Assembly (NCBI GenBank): GCA_014155705.1
Contig: JAAEKA010000038.1
Location: 1 to 48,708 of the forward strand
From: Anaerolineae bacterium clx_CAG2
GTDB lineage: Bacteria; Chloroflexota; Anaerolineae; JAAEKA01
Direction of reading: 5' to 3'
DNA length: 48,708 nt
The position numbers and the translations under genes were made by a program. The notes below the pieces were generated by a model. That model worked only from the letters and a program-made list of their open reading frames with translations, was not told the origin of the DNA and did no database searches. Below are positions 44,551 through 48,708 of this stretch, in pieces. Numbering within the stretch: position 1 is the stretch's first letter; every line of letters starts with the position of its first letter.

Positions 44551-47016
44551 ATGAACCTTCAACGACACCATCATCCGCACTGCCAGATATGGTTAGTATC
44601 TCTTCTGGTTGCCTTCGTTTTCCTCCTGGCGCTGCTGCCCCAGTCGGCGCTAGGACAAGAGGAGGCGATTGACATATGCCCCAGCGGCTGTCGCTACAAC
44701 AATATCCAGCAAGCCATCAATGCGTCGTCCAGCGGTACGACATTGCGCATTGGGGCCGGGACCTTCACCGAGAGCATCACGTTGCGCCCCGGGGTCAGCC
44801 TGGTCGGCGCAGGCGCGAGCTCCACTATCCTTAAGGGCAACGGCAGCCAGCCGGTCGTCACGGCATCTGATTGCAACATCACTCGTTCCACTGTGATCGA
44901 GGGGATGGGCATCACTGGCGGCGGCGGCCCGACAGGTGCAGGGGTACAACTGCGCGGCGCTTCGCCCACGTTGCGCAATCTGGTCATCTACGGCAACAAC
45001 GCAGCGAACTCCGGGGGCGGCTTGGCCATATCGCAGAGCGCCGATCCACTGTTGGATGGCCTCACCGTTCGCAACAATTCTGCCCGCATGGGATCTGGGT
45101 TTGCCCTGACGAGCCAGGGCCGAGTCACTGTGCGCAACAGCAGGCTTGAAAACAACAGCGCAACAGGGACTAACACCTCCGGCGCGATCTACGTGGCCTC
45201 AACGTCTCATCTCACTATGCAGGACAGCGTGGTGAAGGGCACCAGCGCGACCAATGGCGCTGGCATCGTGATTTATGACTCAGTGGCAGAGATCAGCGGC
45301 GGCCGCATCGAGAGCAACAGCGCCGAGAGCCTGGGCGGCGGTATGATGATCGATAGTTCCACGGTCACTATCATTGGTACAACTCTGGCCAACAACAGCG
45401 GGGCCTATGGCGGCGCACTCAGCATCAGCGCCGCCACTGTCACCCTGACCAACTGCACCATCCAGGGCAATCGCGGCCAACAGTTCGGCGGCGCTATCCG
45501 CCTGCACGGCAATTCACAATTCGCGGTGGACAAGTGCAGCTTCATCGACAACAGAACGGTGCAGCACAGCGGCGGCGCGATCTTTAGTGATCAGAACTCG
45601 TTGGTGGTGCGCAACAGCACGTTCGATGGCAATCGGGCATCGGTGGGCGCAGCAGTCCTCCTGCATTATGCGCCTGACGCCGTGCTGGAAGACAACACCT
45701 TTGTCAACAACCAGTCCATCGATGGACCTGGGGTTTACGCCACCGGCGGGCGGGTCCGCCTGACGGACAACACATTTAGTCGCAACGCAGCCACTAGTTT
45801 TGGCGGCGCAGTGGTTTTTCAGGACGGCGCTCATGGCGACATGGACGGCAATCGTGTTGAGTATAATACGGCAGGCGTCGACGGCGGCGGTGTCGTCTAC
45901 CAGCGCCAGGCAACGGGTACGATGAGCGGCAATGTGATCAGCTTCAACCGGGCGGTCGAGGTGGCCGGCGGCGTGAAGATCTTTGACCACACTTCCCCCA
46001 CGTTGAGCCACAACTACTTTGAAGGCAATCAGGCCGATGACGGCGCAGCCATTCAGATCGAGAAAAACGCCAATCCTCTGTTGGAGAACAATGACTTTAT
46101 TGGCAACATTGCCAACAAGTACGGCGCTGTGGTGGTCAATATTTACGCCAATCCGACTGTTCGCTTTAACACGTTCGTGCGCAACCGGGCTGGGATCAGC
46201 GGCGGCGCGATCGTGATCAACGATTACTCGGCGCCTGTGGTAAACAAGAACACTATCGCAGGCAACACGGCCAAAGTAGCGGCTGGTATTGTGGTGATGA
46301 ATGGAAGCCACGGCCAGATTACGAACAACTACATCAGTCGCAATGTTGCCGATGAACACGGCGGCGGCATCTACCTGGTTGAGAGCGACACCCGGGTAGC
46401 CGGCAATCAGATCGTTGATAACCGGGCTGGTATCTTGGGCGGCGGCGTGGTGATCCTCAGCGCGTCCCCTCTGCTGGAAAACAACCTGGTCAGTCGCAAC
46501 CATGCCGGTGATGGCGGCGCTGGCTTGTACCTCGGTAATTCACAGGCGACGCTGCGCCATAACACCGTCGCTGGCAATGGCCGCAACGAAGCAAATGGCG
46601 ACGGCATCAGATTGGCTCCAGGCGCTTACCCCAGCCTGTCCTACAACATGATCATCGGCAACGAAATCGGCATCCGCGGCGAAAATGGTCAACCCAGCCA
46701 GAGCATGCGCAACAGCCTGCATGATAACCGGCTGGCGAATTACCAGGGTGTGACGCCAGGAGGCAGTGATCTGGTGGGTGATCCCCAGTTGGTCAGAGGG
46801 CCTCTGGGCGCTTACTACTTGTCCCAAGGCAACCGTGATGCGGAATCCGTCAGCCCGCTGGTGGATGCCTGCCTGGAGACAGCTCAGGCGTTGGGCCTCA
46901 GCCAACTAACCACCGATATCGAGGGCCAGCTCGACAGCGGCCCGGCCGACATTGGCTATCACTTTCAGGTGCAGCCCCCCAAGATCTTTCTCCCGATAGT
47001 CCGCCTGGGCGGATGA
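44551..47016 (+). CDS. secreted right-handed parallel beta-helix repeat protein (Pmp-type GGA[IV]/FxxN repeats)
   Basis: Signal peptide LVSLLVAFVFLLALLPQSALG-QEE. More than 20 degenerate repeats carrying N..A..GGA[ILV] and F..N motifs. ATG 44551 has a GAGGA SD. The track start is GTG 44539. Confidence 0.8.
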   Translation: MNLQRHHHPHCQIWLVSLLVAFVFLLALLPQSALGQEEAIDICPSGCRYNNIQQAINASSSGTTLRIGAGTFTESITLRPGVSLVGAGASSTILKGNGSQPVVTASDCNITRSTVIEGMGITGGGGPTGAGVQLRGASPTLRNLVIYGNNAANSGGGLAISQSADPLLDGLTVRNNSARMGSGFALTSQGRVTVRNSRLENNSATGTNTSGAIYVASTSHLTMQDSVVKGTSATNGAGIVIYDSVAEISGGRIESNSAESLGGGMMIDSSTVTIIGTTLANNSGAYGGALSISAATVTLTNCTIQGNRGQQFGGAIRLHGNSQFAVDKCSFIDNRTVQHSGGAIFSDQNSLVVRNSTFDGNRASVGAAVLLHYAPDAVLEDNTFVNNQSIDGPGVYATGGRVRLTDNTFSRNAATSFGGAVVFQDGAHGDMDGNRVEYNTAGVDGGGVVYQRQATGTMSGNVISFNRAVEVAGGVKIFDHTSPTLSHNYFEGNQADDGAAIQIEKNANPLLENNDFIGNIANKYGAVVVNIYANPTVRFNTFVRNRAGISGGAIVINDYSAPVVNKNTIAGNTAKVAAGIVVMNGSHGQITNNYISRNVADEHGGGIYLVESDTRVAGNQIVDNRAGILGGGVVILSASPLLENNLVSRNHAGDGGAGLYLGNSQATLRHNTVAGNGRNEANGDGIRLAPGAYPSLSYNMIIGNEIGIRGENGQPSQSMRNSLHDNRLANYQGVTPGGSDLVGDPQLVRGPLGAYYLSQGNRDAESVSPLVDACLETAQALGLSQLTTDIEGQLDSGPADIGYHFQVQPPKIFLPIVRLGG

Positions 47017-47021
47017 TGCGG

Positions 47022-47059
47022 CAGCGGGCTCCTGGAAGCATCCTTCCGGGAGCCCGCTG
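47022..47059 (+). terminator. 17-bp GC-rich hairpin immediately after the stop codon (no U-tract)
   Basis: CAGCGGGCTCCTGGAAG-CATC-CTTCCGGGAGCCCGCTG with one U-G pair. Confidence 0.4.
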
Positions 47060-47060
47060 T

Positions 47061-47159
47061 GTTAAACCGAGCGCACGTAGAAACCGGGGGTTTTCGTGCG
47101 CGCTTCGTGCTTGATCCAGCTAGAACAAACTCCCGGGTTCTGGAGGATACCAGTTTAGA
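47061..47159 (+). ncRNA. copy B of the 99-nt conserved element
   Basis: 81 of 99 identical, without gaps, to 29232-29330. Confidence 0.45.
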
Positions 47160-47173
47160 ATGGGCAGCCACCG

Positions 47174-47236
47174 AAAACCGGAAGTCTGTTGTACCTCGCT
47201 GATCATGCGAGGTACAACAGACTTCCGGTTTTTTTT
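47174..47236. terminator. bidirectional intrinsic terminator (22-bp perfect stem, loop TGATCAT, flanked by AAAA and TTTTTTTT)
   Basis: CCGGAAGTCTGTTGTACCTCGC-TGATCAT-GCGAGGTACAACAGACTTCCGG. It serves the beta-helix gene on the + strand and prfB on the - strand. Confidence 0.85.
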
Positions 47237-47244
47237 GCTTGCGC

Positions 47245-48279
47245 TCAGTTTAGCAATTCACGCTCTTCACCGACACGTTCTTTCAGCCATGCTTCCATAA
47301 ATCCGTCCAGGTTGCCATCCAGCACGCTGTGGGGGTTGCCCACCTCGTACTCGGTGCGCAGGTCCTTGACCATCTGGTAGGGTTGCAACACGTAGGAGCG
47401 AATCTGGTTGCCCCAGCCCATTTCGACGTGCTTGCCTTTGAGACGCGCGGTCTGTTCTTCCCGCCTCTGCAGCTCAATGTCATACAGCTTACCGCGCAGC
47501 ACACGCATGGCCGACAGGCGATTCTGCATCTGGCTGCGCTCGTTCTGGCAGATCACCACCAGTCCGCTGGGTACGTGAGTCAGGCGGACCGCAGTTGAGT
47601 TTTTCTGCATGTGCTGGCCGCCTGCGCTGCCGGCCCGGAAGACGTCCATCTGGATATCGTCAGGCTTGATCTCGATGTCGATGTCGTCATCCAGCAACGG
47701 CAGAACCTCTACCAGGGCGAAGGATGTGTGGCGGCGGGACGACGCGTCGAAGGGACTGATACGCACCAGTCGATGCACTCCCCGCTCCGATCCCAGATAG
47801 CCGTAGGCCCATTCGCCTTCGATCTCGATAGTGGCGCTCTTGATGCCAGCCTCTTCGCCAGCGGTGCGGTCAGTCAGTTCCGTCTTGTAGCCGCGCGGCT
47901 CGGCCCAGCGCAGGTACATGCGCAGCAACCTGTCGGCCCAGTGCGGCGCTTCAGTGCCGCCGGCGCCTGCGTGGATCGACAGAATCGCTCCGCCCTGGTC
48001 ATGGGGACCGCTAAGGGCAAGCTGGAACTCCATGCGGTCGATCTCGCCAGTGATCGTGTCGGCATCGGCAGCGACGGCGTCGGCTGTGTCGCTATCGTCC
48101 TCCGCCTCGGCCAGATCCAGCAATTCCAATGCTTCTTTTACCCGCTGCGCCAGACCATCCCACAACTCGACCCGGCTTTTAAGGTCGTTCAACTGGCGCA
48201 TCATCGCCTGGGCCGAAGCTGGATCATTCCAGATACTGGAATCGGCCACTTTTTCTTCTAGCTGAGCGATCCGCGCCTG
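47245..48279 (-). CDS. prfB: peptide chain release factor 2, body only (missing about the first 35 codons including the frameshift site)
   Basis: [19 protein letters not shown]..., SPF (RISPFD) and GGQ (SAGGQHMQ) motifs. The track ORF continues to 48609 only as the antisense of ftsY. Confidence 0.85.
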   Translation of the reverse strand, partial: QARIAQLEEKVADSSIWNDPASAQAMMRQLNDLKSRVELWDGLAQRVKEALELLDLAEAEDDSDTADAVAADADTITGEIDRMEFQLALSGPHDQGGAILSIHAGAGGTEAPHWADRLLRMYLRWAEPRGYKTELTDRTAGEEAGIKSATIEIEGEWAYGYLGSERGVHRLVRISPFDASSRRHTSFALVEVLPLLDDDIDIEIKPDDIQMDVFRAGSAGGQHMQKNSTAVRLTHVPSGLVVICQNERSQMQNRLSAMRVLRGKLYDIELQRREEQTARLKGKHVEMGWGNQIRSYVLQPYQMVKDLRTEYEVGNPHSVLDGNLDGFMEAWLKERVGEERELLN

Positions 48280-48655
48280 CCAGGAAACCCGCAACGCCGA
48301 TCTGCTGATCATTGACACGGCCGGCCGGCTGCACACCAAGTTCAACCTGATGAAGGAACTGGAAAAGGTGCGCAATGTGGCCGCTCGCCAGGTACACAAG
48401 GCGCCGCACGAGACCTTTCTGGTGCTGGACGCCACCACCGGCCAGAACGCGCTCAGCCAGGCCCGCCACTTCAAAGAGGCTGTCGCGATCAGCGGCGTTA
48501 TCCTAACCAAGCTGGACGGCACCGCCAAAGGCGGCATGGTCTTTGCTATTGCTAAAGAGTTGGGCTTACCCGTGCGCTTCGTCGGCACCGGCGAAAGCAT
48601 GGAAGACATGGCGCCGTTCGACGCGCGCGTGTTTGTAGACTCGTTGTTTCAGTAA
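48266..48655 (+). CDS. ftsY: signal recognition particle receptor FtsY, C-terminal roughly 129 aa only (no N domain or P-loop upstream)
   Basis: The frame opens right after TGA 48263-48265: [35 protein letters not shown]...[12 protein letters not shown]...RFVGTGE. Confidence 0.85.
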   Translation, partial: AIRACQETRNADLLIIDTAGRLHTKFNLMKELEKVRNVAARQVHKAPHETFLVLDATTGQNALSQARHFKEAVAISGVILTKLDGTAKGGMVFAIAKELGLPVRFVGTGESMEDMAPFDARVFVDSLFQ

Positions 48656-48667
48656 AAGGACATCACT

Positions 48668-48708
48668 ATGGACGAAACCAGGAACCAGCTCACTGAGCTA
48701 GGGGAGCG
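48668..48708 (+). CDS. 5' end of a CDS running off the window; MDETRNQLTELGE is compatible with the displaced N-terminus of RF2
   Basis: ATG lies 13 nt after the ftsY stop. Only 13 codons are visible, so the assignment is tentative. Confidence 0.3.
   Translation, partial: MDETRNQLTELGE

Noticed and set aside
48280-48609. The upstream 110 codons of the 47245-48609 minus-strand ORF as a novel N-terminal domain of RF2.
   Set aside because: This stretch is exactly antisense to a clean FtsY GTPase segment (DTAGRLH...[10 protein letters not shown]) and has no RF2-like sequence. The open frame is coincidental.
47245-48708. Search for the canonical prfB +1 frameshift site (CUU UGA C preceded by an SD-like element).
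   Set aside because: It is not present in the minus-strand RF2 body or in the 41 nt of the + strand ORF at 48668. If it exists, it lies beyond the window end, so nothing can be claimed.

Overview
High-GC bacterial chromosomal window. Gene content and protein architectures look Chloroflexota-like or Terrabacteria-like, but I cannot assign taxonomy from sequence alone. About 31 credible protein genes and one tRNA-Lys are present. Housekeeping genes are ilvE, surE, rplI, trmI, recA, and fragments of prfB and ftsY. There are three large PAS/GAF sensor kinases, an Fe3+-type ABC transporter, a PEP-utilising (rifampicin-phosphotransferase-like) enzyme, proline dehydrogenase, DinB and a C26 amidotransferase. 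The window is unusually dense in envelope glycosylation parts: three GT-C membrane glycosyltransferases, a GT2 polyprenyl-phosphate sugar synthase, a DUF92 kinase-like protein and four Pro/Thr-rich lipoproteins or anchored proteins. I see no CRISPR array, transposase, integrase, phage gene or recognisable defence gene. Most long ORFs antisense to these genes are GC-driven shadow ORFs. The signals I consider worth following are listed here. (1) A 99-nt element occurs twice behind two lower-GC genes, and base-pair-preserving substitutions suggest a structured RNA. (2) Three intergenic tandem arrays share a CGGYCAGGAGACCGGCC hairpin core, and two of them flank a DUF2723 glycosyltransferase gene. 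(3) AT-rich heptanucleotide tandem repeats occur in spacers and once in frame inside a CDS. (4) A two-gene operon encodes different heads joined by polyproline rods to a shared unknown C-terminal module. (5) prfB and ftsY are both truncated at a head-to-head junction with 12-14 nt inverted microhomology, which indicates a small inversion or an assembly chimera. (6) A frameshifted receiver-domain remnant sits upstream of a kinase gene. All coordinates of non-ORF features were derived by hand and may be off by 1-2 nt.
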